Assembly (NCBI RefSeq): GCF_009834535.1
Contig: NC_045697.1
Coordinates: forward strand, 3,908,001-3,972,000
DNA length: 64,000 nt
Origin: Camelus ferus
Taxonomy: Eukaryota
Direction: 5' to 3'
This document shows positions 39,990 through 52,424 of the stretch, piece after piece. The notes below the pieces were generated by a model that did no database searches, was not told the DNA's origin, and saw nothing but the letters and a program-made list of their open reading frames with translations. The position numbers were made by a program, and so were the translations under genes. How positions within the stretch are numbered: the first letter of the stretch is position 1; the number at the start of each line of letters is the position of its first letter.

Positions 39990-40460
39990 AACCACCCTCT
40001 TTTCTCTGAGGGCTGCCCGTCACTGCTGAAAGGGTGGACCTCCAAGCAACTCTGTCCCCTCACCACAGCTTATCAAACCCGGGGTGGACACCTGGTCCAA
40101 GCCTAGCCAATCAGATTCTCCCTCTAACTGGATGGGGTTGGGTTCTACACTTGAGCAGTCATGCTGGGCTGGGGCTAGAATGGTCGTTTTCTCACCATGT
40201 GTGTGCTGAAGTGGAGAAAGCCAGACTTCAGGAAGAGAGGGAATGACTCAGAAACAGGGAGAAGCAATGGGAGACTGTGGGTCATCAGAGAAAATGACTG
40301 GCTGCTAATCATTGCGCTCCCAGCTCAGGCTGCTCCCGAGGCTGCTGCAGTTCCAGCACTTGGTTTCAGTGAGGTATCCTGTATCCTTTATGTATATTTC
40401 CATTTTTTTCTTAAACTAGGTTACATGTGTTCCTACTCTTTGTAACAAAAAGGTACCCAA
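39990..40460 (+). mobile_element. MaLR (MLT1-type) LTR
   Basis: ggtggacacctggtccaagcctagccaatcagattctcc...ttcttaaactaggttacatgtgttcctactctttgtaac. Confidence 0.55.
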
Positions 40461-40550
40461 GATTATTATATGAGCAGTAACTTCCACATTCCTATCCCAC
40501 AGTCTATGAGGCAGCCGCTTCAAGAAATCAGAAGTTAAAAAATCAAAGGG

Positions 40551-41181
40551 CCCAGGAATCCCGCTCCTGGGTATATCCAGAAGGAACCCTACTTCAAAAT
40601 GACACCTGCACCCCAATGTTCATAGCAGCACTATTTATAACAGTCAAGACATGGAAACAGCCTAAATGTCCATCAACAGATGATTGGATAAAGAAGATGT
40701 GGTATATTTATACAATGGAATACTACTCAGCCATAAAAACTGACAACATAACGCCATTTGCAGCAACATGGATGTTCCTGGAGAATGTCATTCTAAGTGA
40801 AGTAAGCCACAAAGCGAAAGAAAAATACCATATGAGATTGCTCATATGCGGAATCTGAAAAAAAACAAAAACAAAAACAAAAACATAAATACAGAACAGA
40901 AACAGACTCATAGACACAGAATACAAACTTGTGGTTGCCAAGGGGGCGGGGGGTGGGATGGGACAGACTGGGATTTCAAAATGTAGAATAGATAAAAGAT
41001 TGTACTGTATAGCACAGGGAAATAAATACAGGATCTTGTGGTGGCTCACAGCAAAAGAGAATGTGACAATGAATCTATGTATGTTCACATATAACTGAAA
41101 AATTGTGCTCTACACTGGAATTTGACACAACATTGTAAAATAACTGTAACTCAATAAAAATAAATAATTATCTCGCAAAAA
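40551..41181 (+). mobile_element. Young 5'-truncated L1 (ORF2 C-terminus, 3' UTR and poly-A), antisense to KIAA0232
   Basis: Perfect 14-bp TSD aaaaaatcaaaggg (40537-40550 / 41182-41195) at a tt|aaaa endonuclease site. Uninterrupted ORF2 C-terminus MFIAALF...WKQPKCPSTDDWIKKMWYIYTMEYYSAIK...ICGI*. aataaa and A tail present. Confidence 0.95.
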
Positions 41182-41928
41182 AAAAAATCAAAGGGGTGGG
41201 GGAAAGGAAAATGGTGGGAAGAGGAAAAAGGACAGGATGAAAAGGGGAGACTCTTTGGAAACTGAGGTTCAATTCAGTTCAAGAGAAATTGAGTACCTTT
41301 TACACAATCGGCGCTCACTGCTAGGCACCGGGAGCTGCAAAGATGGGTAACTCACAGTCCTGGCCCCCAAGGAGCACAGTGGAGGGAAGACAGGAGGTGG
41401 GGCGTGCACGAGGTTCCGTGTGCACGGGCCCGGGAGCCGGGCTCTTGCAGACAGCGCTGAGCAGGATGAGAACGCAGAGCTGGGAAGGGCTGCACAGACT
41501 TCAAGGCGTGTGTGACAGGTGGCAGTCAGACAGAATAAACTTCTGCAGATTACCACATGCAGCAAAGCTGCTTACTCCAACATGAGGCCATTAGATATTT
41601 AGTTTAGGAAGGAAGTTCCAGAGGTGGGAAGCCTCTCTAGATACCTTGTGTGAATCTTCTCAATTTAACTTTACATTATAAAGGTACTTAAAGCACACTA
41701 TTTCAAACAGCATGGTGAAAGCAAAATAATTTTCTAAGTAGTTATGGTCTCAGAGATTATACCTTACAGTGAGTAATTCAGTAAGAATTCATAGTATTCA
41801 TTTAAATAGGCAATTAAATTCTAAAACTATTGTTATTTCAGGATGCTGAAGGACATGAGAAATATTATATATGAAGTGTCAAAAGATCAATAAAATAATC
41901 TTACAATATTTTCTTAAAAACTAAAGCA

Positions 41929-42070
41929 GGGGAGGGTATAGCTCAGTGGTAAAGCACTTGCTTATTAGCATGCACAAAGTCCTGGGTTCAATCCCCAGTA
42001 CCTCTATTAAAATAAATAAAAATCTAATTACCTTCCCCCCAAAACCAGAATTTAAAAAAAGAAGAAAAAC
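41929..42070 (+). mobile_element. tRNA-derived SINE, camelid Vic-1-like
   Basis: ggggagggtatagctcagtggtaaagcacttgcttattagcatgcacaaagtcctgggttcaatccccagtacctctattaaaataaataaaaatctaattacc. A box tagctcagtgg; B box ggttcaatcc. Confidence 0.88.
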
Positions 42071-42494
42071 CCCAAAATTATGAATCAAGCAAGTAGAGTG
42101 TTCTTAAATGTCAGAACTGCTATCTCAATTCTAGGAATATACCCAAAATAAATAATATAGACCATGGAAAAAGCCACACATGAAAATATTCTAGACAGCA
42201 TAACAAAAAGTCAAGAGCAAGCTACATATCCATTAATGCAGAGTATATTAGACTGCTATTAGAATATTATTTGATGAAATATAACTTAGCCACTAAAAAA
42301 TATAAAGATACTATAGTAACAAAATGAAATACGTTAAATGGGAAAAATCTATAAAATTTTTATCCTGTAATTAAAAGTCCATAAAAAAATATAAAACTCA
42401 ATATATAGATAGAAAAATGCTTTAAAAGAAGTGATAATGTTTATGTAGCAGTGGTAAGATAATGAGTAGTTTATTTTTCTAAGTTTCTTTTTAA

Positions 42495-42582
42495 TCAAGA
42501 TGTAGTAACCTACAATGAAAAAGAACATGAAAACAAATATATGTATGTATGACCAAAACATCATGCTGTACACCAAAAACTG
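42495..42582 (+). mobile_element. Short L1 3' UTR fragment about 50 nt from an exon donor
   Basis: gtagtaacctacaatgaaaaagaacatgaaaacaaatatatgtatgtatgaccaaaacatcatgctgtacacca, homologous to 770-840 and 53960-54035. Confidence 0.7.
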
Positions 42583-42631
42583 AAGTCCCTCGTTTTTCTC
42601 CCCAAGTATTAGAAATCAAAGGGAAACTTAC

Positions 42632-42769
42632 TTCATCAGAAGCAGATCGAAGACACTGGACAGCAGCCTGCTTTTTCATCTCTTCTAGAGTTAGGTCTGA
42701 GCACTTTTTCTTACTCTTTCCCCATTTCTTATAAGCTCCTTTTTCCCAGCCCAGGAAGATGTCATTCTC
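42632..42769 (-). CDS. KIAA0232: KIAA0232 coding exon 2 (138 nt; ENDIFLGWEKGAYKKWGKSKKKCSDLTLEEMKKQAAVQCLRSASDE)
   Basis: Acceptor tattttag|GAG and donor GAA|gtaagt; phase 0/0; continues the reading frame. Confidence 0.95.
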
Positions 42770-44459
42770 CTAAAATAAGATTGTACAAGTTTCAATGACC
42801 AACACTAAATAACAAACTTCAAACACTTATTATTTCCCACATACTTACACACATTCCCCTACCAAATATTTTCATTTACAACAGTACACACTAATAAAAT
42901 GAGAGACCACAGAACACCGTCAGCCAGAGCACTTCAGGGTAGGTAATCCATTGGTCTGGTTATCTATTATTGAGATTATTATTAGATTATTATTTAGGAA
43001 TTATGATCTCAATAACTCTGACCCACTTATGTTTATAGTAAATGCTCATAAATAATTCAGACATTTATATGTAAATTCAAGTATTATCATTTAAATTTCA
43101 GCATAAATTCTAAACTTCATACACAATTAAATGTCCTCTCTTCTGTACTTCCTACTCTTTAATAATGTGTTCATATTCTATCAGATTTTAACATTTAACA
43201 CTTCAACGGCTCATTCCTATCTACAGAGTCTAAAAATCAACAGATATAAAATATTTTATATTAGTATTTTAAGCTTATTTTCCCCTTGATTGTATATGCC
43301 TGTCATAAAAACTAAGGAAATTTGAAAAGCAGGAAGAAAGCAAATCATCCAAGATCCTACCACCCAGCAAAAATTAGAACAATTTGGTCTGTTTCATTTG
43401 GTCTTTTTCATCTGCTCTAAAAAAACACATAGTTGAATTCACACTATTTGTACAATTTTGATTTAACTTCTACTGTAAACATTCCCCTTATGTTACTACA
43501 AATTCTTTGACTATATAATATTCCAAGATGTAGGCTTAGCTATTTCCCTAGACTGAGATTTTAGTATTTTTAATTGCTTTGCTACTTCATTTTGCCTTTT
43601 AAAAAGCGTTTCATTTGGTAAATTAAGATTAAAACCAGTGGACAGACAACAAGGAAAAAAAAAAACATTAGAAAGAAAGACAACAGCAAAATTAAGAAAA
43701 TTACTTACTAGAGTATTTGGCCTACAGTGGGCCCTCAGGAAAGAGATACAAATGAACGAATGAGATGGAATAAAGCAGCAGCATAATAATAATTAAAAGA
43801 ACTTTTAGGATCAAGTCAGATACCATCAACTGTCTAGCCAATTTTAATTTTGATCAAATACACAAAAATTACTTTCATGCCACCAAAGAGTGAGAGAAGG
43901 ATCTCTCTCTCTAAACTCATCATAATTGACATACTTTTTTACTTAACTTCTTGGGCATGTTTGTAGATCTCATGAAACCAAAAAACATTTTCTGGCTGAG
44001 TGGTGTCAATTCCATTTTCCAAGGGAAAATGTGTCTGATGGCCAAGTAAGACCTATCAGTATATCTCCACTTATCTAACGTGTTCGGCTGGATGGCAACT
44101 GAAACCTGCCATTTCTTACTATCGGTATCTTCTAGAGATAGGGCTTGTCCTTTACCAGGAACAGAGGACAGAAGCGTAACAATGTAGATTTGAAGCTTCC
44201 GAAGGCAGAGAAAAATGTTGTAATTTTCCTCTATTGTTCACAGTGTACAAAACAAAAGAAGGTAGAAAAGTTCTGTGTAATTACTGAAAACAAGACTCCA
44301 TTCTGTTTGAATTGCTGAGACTGGCTCTTTCTCCTCACGGAGCCTTATAAACATGTTTCTCTACTGAAGCTGTACTAAAGCTCAGCAGAGTTAAAACACA
44401 CATTCAAAGGTCCAAATAAAGTTTTATTATACGGACAGAAGGGACTTTCAAAATTCACA

Positions 44460-44940
44460 TGGACACAAAGTCCTTCTGGAGGGCAGTCTGACAATGCAAA
44501 TCTAAAATCTTAAACATGTATATGTACTTTTGACCAATAATTCTACTTCTGGGAATTTATCCTAAGGAAAAAAAATCCGCAAAGTGTGCACAGATTTAGC
44601 TACAGTGATGTTAATCATACAGCTGTCAATAACAGCAAACATGTAGAAACCTAAATGTCAGTTAAGGAGGGTGTGGCTAACTAAGCTACGATACGTCCAG
44701 GCAATAAGACATTACAGCCATCAGAGATTATGAAGTATATTTACTGACAGAGAGAGCTATGCACAATATACATAAGAGAAGTAGTTTATACCACAGTATG
44801 ATCTCATTTTTGGTGCACACACACACCGACTACCATGAATTAAAATGTCTTGAGAGAAAAGTACTAAGGGCCACCAAGGAGCTCATCTCTTGGTGAGCAG
44901 GAATAGGATACCTTAATTTTTCTTGTAATTCAGTCATACT
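44460..44940 (+). mobile_element. Ancient L1 (L1ME-like) 3' fragment
   Basis: ttctggagggcagtctgacaat...tttgaccaataattctacttctgggaatttatcctaagga. Confidence 0.6.
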
Positions 44941-45424
44941 CCTTTAACAGTCAAAAGCTGTTGTTTGTTTGTTTTAATGAAAACCTTGTAAGTCAAGAAG
45001 AGAAACGAGAAGAGTTCCTGTCCTCTCCACCTAGACAGGTATGTCGCACTCGCTTTGTTTGCTGTCCAGCATCTCTGTTTACACGTGGATATGGATTCAT
45101 GCATTCATCCAGCAACCATGTCAGTGTCTTCTTTGTGGCACTAGGGGTTGTAACAATGACTACAACACAGTCCCTGGACACCACAGTCCACTGTGGAATA
45201 AAGACCTGGAAGCAAACAACTGTGGCACAGTCACTGGGATTACAGAAGTCTGCAGAAAGCACTTAGGAAACACCAAAGAGCCACACTCTATTCTTGGCCT
45301 GGTTGGTCGGCAAAGGCTTCCTACAGAAGGAGGAAGGGTCACTGAAGCAGAGTCTCAAAGAGTGAACAGAAGTTCGGGCCAGGGTGAGAGGGGAAGACTA
45401 GGCAGAAGAAACACCGTGCCGAAG

Positions 45425-45715
45425 CAAGGGATAGCAAACTTCTCCTGTAAGGGCCAGAGAGTAAATAATTTAACTTTATAGGCCAAGAGACAAATTAAGG
45501 ATTCAATATAGGTACTTTTATCAAAAAAAGAGAAAACAAATTTTCACAATTATTTATTGCTAGAATCCAGAATATAATTCAGTACAATTTTTAATACAGG
45601 TCTACTAATGAGAAGAATGGAATTCTTTTGGGGTTGTGTGTGAGATAATAATGCTTAATTGGGGTTCAAATTAAGTGCTCTCTATCATCAAAATCAATTA
45701 TGTTTATCTGTTTAT
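45425..45715. mobile_element. hAT-Charlie DNA transposon, left part (MER58/Cheshire/Charlie1-like terminus)
   Basis: Terminus caagggatagcaaacttctcctgtaagggccagagagtaaata...ggccaagagacaaa...tacaggtctactaatgagaagaatgg. Confidence 0.65.
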
Positions 45716-45719
45716 GCTC

Positions 45720-47110
45720 ATTTTTTAAATAACAGCTTTATAGACACAAAGTTCACATACCATAGAATTTACTTTTAATGTATACATTTCAGTGGCTTTT
45801 AGTATAATTCAAAGGGTTATGCAACAATCACAAATATCTAATTTTAAAACTTTTTTCATCACCCCTAAAAGCAGCACTGTACCCAGTAGCACTTACTTCC
45901 CATTCCTCTTCTCTCCAGAGTCACTGGTAAATACTAATTTGTTGTCTCTATGGATTTGCCTATGCTGGGCATGTCATAAATTATACACGTACTTTTGTGC
46001 CTGGCTTCTTTTGCTTAGCATAATGTTTTAAAGGCTCATCCACGTTGTAGTATGTATCAGTACTTCGTTTTCTTTTATGACTAACAGTCCACTGCATGGA
46101 TATACCACATCTTTTTAATCGATTCATCTACTAATGGATGCCTGAATTGCTCCTACATTTTGGCTACTGTCAGTACGTAATACTGCTATGAACATTCATA
46201 TACAAGTTTTTTATGGACACATTTTCCATCTTGTTGGTACATCCCTAAGAGTGGTCCTGCTGGATCACATGGTAACTCTATGTTCAACCTTTTGAAGAGC
46301 TACCAGGCTATTTTTCAAAGCAGCTACACCATTTCACAATCACACCAGCAGTGTCTGAGGGTTCTAATTTCTCTACATCCTCACCAACATTTGTTACTGT
46401 CTGTGTTTCTTATTTTAGCTCCAGCCGTCCTCGTGAGGATGAAGTGGTATCTCATCACGGTTTTGATTTCCCTAATGACTAATGAAGTTGAGCATCTTTT
46501 CATGTGCTTATTGGCCATTTATGTATCTTCTCTGGACAAAAGTCTATTCAAATCTTTTTCCCATTTAAGAATTATCTATTCTGAATACACATCCCATCTC
46601 AAATACATGATTTGCAAATATTTTATCTAGTTCTATGGGTTGGCTTTTCACTTTTTTGACCATGGCCTTTGAAGCATAAGTTTTTCATTGTGATGAATTT
46701 AATTTATCACATGTCTTCTTTGACTGCTTGTGCTTTGGTTTCTTATCTAAGAAATCACTGCCTCCTCTAAGACACAAGGATTTACTCTTCTCTTTAAGTT
46801 TTACAGTTTTAGCTCTTCCATCTACATCTATAATCCATTTTGAGTTAATATTTGTCTGTGGTATGACACAGGAGTCCATTCTTTTTACATGTGGTTACCC
46901 TGCTGTCCCAGCACCTTTTGTTGAAGACTGTTCTTTTCCCCACAACTGGAATAGTCCTGTTGGAAACCAAGTGACCAAAACTATAAAGGTTTATTTCTGG
47001 ACTCTTAGTTCTGTTACATACATCTAGCCATATGTATGCCACTATCAAACTGTCTTGCTTACAGAAGCCCAGTAGTAAGTTTTAAAATTGGAAAGTGTGA
47101 GTCCTGCAAG
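45720..47110 (-). mobile_element. Older L1 (L1MA/MB-like) 3' part
   Basis: Starts with a T-run and acagctttatagacacaaagttcacataccatag. Degenerate antisense ORF2 (aagtggtatctcat, atgaagttgagcatcttttcatgtgcttattggccatt). Confidence 0.85.
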
Positions 47111-48020
47111 TTTTTTTTCTTTTTAAAAATTGAATTATAGTCTGTTTACAATGTTGTATCAATTTCTGGTGTACAGTATAATGTTTCAGTCATACATACA
47201 CATACATATATTTGTTTTCATATGCTTTTTTCATTATAGGTTACTATAAGATATTGACTATAGTTCCCTGTGTTATACAGAAGAAACTTGTATACTGATT
47301 TTATATATAGTAGTTAGTATCTGTGAATCTCAAACTCCCAATTTATCCCTTCTCATCCCATTTTCCCCTGGTAAATAAGTTTTATTTTCTATGTCTGTGA
47401 GTATGTTTCTATTTTGTAATCAAGTTCATTTGTGTCTCTTTTTTAAGATTCCACATATGAGTGACATCATATGGTATTTTTCTTTCTCTTTCTGGCTTAC
47501 TTCACTTAGAATGATGATCTCCAGGTCTATCCATGTTGCTGTAAATATCATTTTATTCTTTTTTATGGCTGAGTAGTATTCCATTGTCATCTGGTGATGA
47601 ACATTTAGGTTGTTTCCACGTCTTGGCTATTGTAAATAGTTCTTCTATGAACACTGGGGTTTATGTATCTTTTTGAGTTAGAGTTCCCTCCGGATGTATG
47701 CCACGGAGTGGGATTGCTGGATCATATGGCAAGTCTATTTTTAGTTTTTTGAGCCATCTCCATACTGTTTTCCATAATGGCTGCACCAAACTACATTCTC
47801 ACCTTCAGTATAGGAGGGCTCCCTTTTCTCCATACCCTCTCCAGCATTTATCGTTTGTGGACTTTCTAATGATGGCCATTCTGACTGGTGTGACGTGATC
47901 CCTCACTGTAGTTTTGATTTGCATTTCTCTGACAATTAGTGACACTGAGTTTTTCGTGTGCCTATTGCCATTTGTATGTCTTCACTGCAGAATTGCTTAT
48001 TTAGGTCTTCTGCCCACTTT
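47111..48020 (-). mobile_element. Younger lineage-specific L1 3' fragment nested in the older L1
   Basis: Poly-T, then ttgaattatagtctgtttacaatgttgtatcaatttctggtgtacag (reverse complement of the L1 3' end). The host L1 resumes at tccaactttgttctt. Confidence 0.85.
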
Positions 48021-48465
48021 TCCAACTTTGTTCTTGATTTCAAGATTCTCTTGGCTATCCTGGGTCCCTTGCATTTCCATATATGAATTTTAGGATCAGC
48101 TCTCCAATTTCTGCAACAAAGGCAGCTGGGATTCTGATAGAGACTGCCTTGAATCAGTACATCAGTTTGGGGAGCACTGCGGTCTTAACAATATTGTCTT
48201 CTAATCATGAACATGGGCTGTTTTTCCATTTATTAGGTCTTCTTTGATTTCTGTCAATGATGTTGTGTAATATTTAGTATGCAAGTCTTGCATTTATGTT
48301 AACTTTATTTGTAAGTATTTTATTCTTTTGATACTATTGTAAATGAAATTTTCTTAATTTCATTCCTTGTAAGTTTCTATATACAACACCATGTCATATG
48401 TCAATAGGGACAGTTATAGTTCTTTCTTTCCAATATAGATTTTTTTTTTCCTTAGCTAACCTCCC
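48021..48465 (-). mobile_element. Continuation of the older L1 (ORF2 region)
   Basis: ttggctatcctgggtcccttgcatttccatatatgaattttaggatcagc...catgaacatggg...ttccatttatt. Confidence 0.8.
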
Positions 48466-48466
48466 T

Positions 48467-49000
48467 GTTAATATGCTAATTTGTAAGATTTTATGTTATT
48501 TCATCTTTGAAAATGTTTTTCACACAGAGATAAATACTGCTAAATATTGATATTAATCCACAGGCATGGTTTACTGGAACATGTTAATTCTTTAGAAGGT
48601 ATTTATGAATTCTGGTACATTCTTTCCTTACTATTTGCCTTTTCGCCTGTCATCATATTGCAGATCAATCACTCCCAAGCAAAAGTTAGGTGGAAGCTTC
48701 TCACTGAGCAGTAAATGGATTCTGAGATACAGACACTTCCTTTGCACTGTGCCAAGGTGTGAAAATGCTGCTGGAACTGCAGTTGACCTAGGACAACGTA
48801 CTGTTGCAAACTGTGAGGAAATGGAGATTTTGCTTCTTGTTCTAACTTTTGACAAAATGAAAACGTATAAAACAACTTGACATTATCTGTGATTCAAATA
48901 CTGTCAGCTGTTAGAGTGACTTTACCACATTATAAATTTTGCATATAAGTACTGTTTGCCTTGTAATTTTAGGCTGAATTCATTAAGAAACACCATCAAG
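48467..49000. mobile_element. hAT-Charlie DNA transposon, continuation (degenerate internal region)
   Basis: Resumes the element interrupted at about 45715. The junctions resemble each other (ctgtttatgctcattt / ctgttaatatgctaattt). Right boundary approximate. Confidence 0.55.
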
Positions 49001-49559
49001 TGTACAGAAAAAGCTATATAAACAACAGCATACTGGACAGACTTTTCTGCATTCCTCTTCCCACGTCTATTCAAGAGCTTCCTTATTCTTTTTCTGGCTT
49101 TGTGTACTGGGTGAATGTATGTATTGTGACTTACTTATTAACCATTAGCATTGAACTAATAATCAGATTTTAAAAGAATATAGTATTTAAAAAGCTCAAG
49201 CTATTTCTATTTCACTTGTTGCATTTTTAGTCTTCTGTGCTATACTAATTAAAAGTCCATGTAGACATAAACATATAATATTAGGTATGTGCCAAATATT
49301 TCCTCAGTAAACTCAGTGAATCAAGTATGGTTTTTTAAAAGTCATAATCTTAAAGATAGAATACAATCATCAACTACCAAAAGAAGACACGGCTAAAGAA
49401 CTTCTCAGCCTACGAGCCTATCATCAGGTGCTTTTCCAGACACTAACTGCTGTGAGGTAACATAAGGCTGAAGTTTTGATCGACTTTCTCTCGCTGTCTT
49501 CTATGAAAAAGGAAATTGGGAACTGGAGGAAGAAAAAGAACACAACATTCTGAAATACA

Positions 49560-50100
49560 GCTGGGATCAGTGACGTCTGCTATTCGCTGCTCAGCACCCA
49601 CCCCCTGCCTCCCACACCTTCCCGTTAACAGCGTCCTGAAAAACCAAAACCACTAAATGTTTGAATGGGACTAATGCCACCCCCATCTGGGCCCTAATCA
49701 GCTTAATGCAAATCAGCATGTTTCATCCCTTTGGCCACGAAGATTGGCTCAGAGAGAGGCATGGGACCAATCAGAAATGAGCACTTGAAAATGAGACACC
49801 CCTCCACCACAAGATTTTTGCTGGGAATGTAGGGAACACATCCTCTGGACAGTGTGAGAACAGGATGCAGAGAATGCTGTGCTCGATGACTGCCCTCCAC
49901 CCCCCCGGAGTGGATGCAGAACAAGTTGGCAGAGGGAGGCAGTCAGAGAAGCAAAGAGGACACCCCAGGGGCACTGTGAAGCTCTGAACTGAATCAGGCT
50001 GGGGCCAGTCCTAATTCTGGACTTTTAGTGATGTGAGACTTTTTTTTTCTGCCCTAGAGGCCAATTTAAGCCAAAATCTTTGGTTGCTTGTGAATGAAAG
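49560..50100 (+). mobile_element. MaLR (MLT1K/L-like) LTR
   Basis: aatcagcatgtttcatccctttggccacgaagattggctcag...ctggacttttagtgatgtgag...ggccaattta. Confidence 0.6.
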
Positions 50101-50809
50101 ATATAGGTAAAATTTGAAGAAAGGCCTCAATAATAAATTCACTTGTCACTGCTCAAAGAAACTGTAAATTGCCTCTAAAAAAGGAGTAGCACCAAATAAG
50201 CACAATTCAGGTTAAGTACATCCACTGTTTTTTCCTATTAGTACTTCAGCCAACAGTGACAAATTCCTCACTGGCCTCCCTACCTTCAGCTGCCCAGCCA
50301 GCTTACCCACCACCACTCATGCCCTCTGGTACAGCTGGTTAAATATAGCAGTGGGTCTCTTTACCTCCGGGACTAAAATATCAATCCCTCGCAGAGTGTA
50401 TCAGGTTCTTCCGAATAGAATCGGTTTCCTGCTGGCCTTGCTCACTCTAATCTCCTCCCACTCCCTCACTACACTCCTCTGGCCCCACATCATCAGGCCC
50501 CTTCCTGTTTCTGTGACCTTGCATGCACCCTTCTTTTCTTCTTCCTTCAAGGCTGTTCAACTGTTATCTCCTCTGCATTCCCGCTGCCACCATCCCCCAC
50601 GCACAGTGTCCCAGGCTTGGCACAGGCAGAGCGCTTTACAGATTCCAAATCTAGCGCTGTCCCTCAGTCCTGGTGCCTCTGCAGTCCTGGTGCCTGCCTC
50701 GGTGTTCGGCATGTCATGATGCTCATGAGGTGAGTAAAAAACTAGAAATGTGCATTAAATGCAGTATTTATGCCCAAAACATTTTCTCTATTTCATGAAA
50801 AGATTTTAT

Positions 50810-52087
50810 CAAAGTACCATTTTTCAACAAATGACACTGGGAAAACTAGATATCCACATTTTAAAGAAAGAAATTGGACTCATTACATTGCGTATACAAA
50901 AATTAACTCAAAATGCATCAAAAGCTGTAACTGTAAAACTCTTGGAAGAAACACAGGGCAAAGCTTCACAGCACTGGTTTTGGCAATGAGTTCTCGGATA
51001 CGATACCAAAGGTACAGGAAACAAAAGAAAAATTAGAAAAACTGGGCTTCACGAAAATTTAAATTTTATACACTGAAAGACACTATGAAGAGTGAAAAGG
51101 CAATCTACAGGATGGGAGGAAATACTGCAAATCATGTATCTGATAAGGGGTTAATATCCAGAACCTAGAGACGTTGGTCGTATAGTGGTGGGTATAGCTG
51201 CCTCCCAGAACCTAGACAGAACTAAAACTCAACAACAACAAAACAACCAGATTTAAAAAATGGAAAAGAACTCAAAAGTCTCCAAAGAAGATATGCAAAC
51301 GGCCAATAAACACACAAAAGATGCTCAGCAACACTAATCATCAGAGCAAACACTGAGATACCCTTCGTACCAATTAGGATGGCTACTATTTAAAACAAAA
51401 AATGAAAAACAAAACAAAAAAACCCCAGAAAATAAGTGTTGGTAAGGATGTGGCAAACTGGAATCCTGTGCATTACTGGGGGGAACGGAAAATGGTGCAG
51501 CTAGTGTCAGTTCCTCAAAAAATTAAAAAGAGAATTAAGAATTACCAAATGATCCAGCAATTCCACACCTGGATATATAACCCCATAACTGAAATCGGGG
51601 TCTTGAAGAGGTATTTGTACACCACGTTCATAGCAGCATATTTCACTACAGCTAAAACATGGAAGGAACACAAGTGTCCATTGATGGGACAGATAGATAA
51701 GCAAAATGTGGCATCATCCACATGACAGAATATTATTTGGCCTTTAAAAAGGAAATTCTGACACGTGATACGACATGGATGAATCCTGAGAAGACATTAT
51801 ACTAAATGAAATAAGCCAGTCAGAGAAAGACAAATCCTGTGTGATTCCACTGATATGAGGTACTTAAGAGCTACTGAAATCATAAAGACAAAAAGTACAA
51901 CGGTGGTTGCCAGGGGCTGGGGGAGAGCAGAATGGGGAATTATAAAGTTTCTGCTTTACAAGATAAAAGGAGGTGGTGGTGGTGGCTGTACAACATTATG
52001 AGTGCACATAATACCACTGAACTATGCACTTAAAAATGGTTCAGATGGTAGACCTTAGGTTATGTGTATTTTATCACAATAAAAAAA
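50810..52087 (+). mobile_element. Older L1 (L1MA/MB-like) 3' part
   Basis: Degenerate ORF2 (ttcaacaaatgacactgggaaaactagatatcc; tatacaaaaattaactcaaaatg). 3' end cacttaaaaatggtt...gtattttatcacaataaaaaaa. Confidence 0.85.
51171..51207 (+). pseudogene. Tailless retropseudogene of the tRNA-Gly(TCC) 5' half
   Basis: acgttggtcgtatagtggtgggtatagctgcctccca matches 32 of 37 nt of the recalled mammalian tRNA-Gly-TCC 5' half (GCGTTGGTGGTATAGTGGTGAGCATAGCTGCCTTCCA). Flanked by the direct repeat ccagaacctaga (51158-51169 / 51205-51216). Confidence 0.85.
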
Positions 52088-52209
52088 TGCTGGGGGGAGG
52101 TGGTGAGGGAGAAACTGCAGTACCTTCTCCGAGGGGCAGGCCCAGTGTGTAGCTGTGGCATCTGCACTCACCTCCATCACGCCCCATACACCTGAGAAAG
52201 AAGCATCCA

Positions 52210-52412
52210 TCTATTCATTTCTCTACTAAATATCTGAGCATCTTCTACATCCCAAAAATTGTCATAAGGGCTTGGAATACAGGGGGAAACATGGCAGACA
52301 ATGTCCCTAGCTTCATGAAATACACATTCCAGCAGATGTGACGTACAAATAAATGTAAAACATCACAGATCATCATTAATTCCAGGTGGTAACAAGTGTT
52401 ATGAAAAAAAAT
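52210..52412 (-). mobile_element. L2 fragment (target of the L1 insertion at 52425)
   Basis: ggcagacaatgtccctagcttcatgaaa...ggtggtaacaagtgttatgaaaaaaaataaagtagg. Confidence 0.55.
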
Positions 52413-52424
52413 AAAGTAGGAAAG

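Noticed and set aside
41929..42005. Possible intact tRNA gene
   Set aside because: It has A and B boxes but continues into an AT-rich SINE tail, lacks a clean acceptor stem and has a diverged second copy at 19172-19306; it is a SINE.
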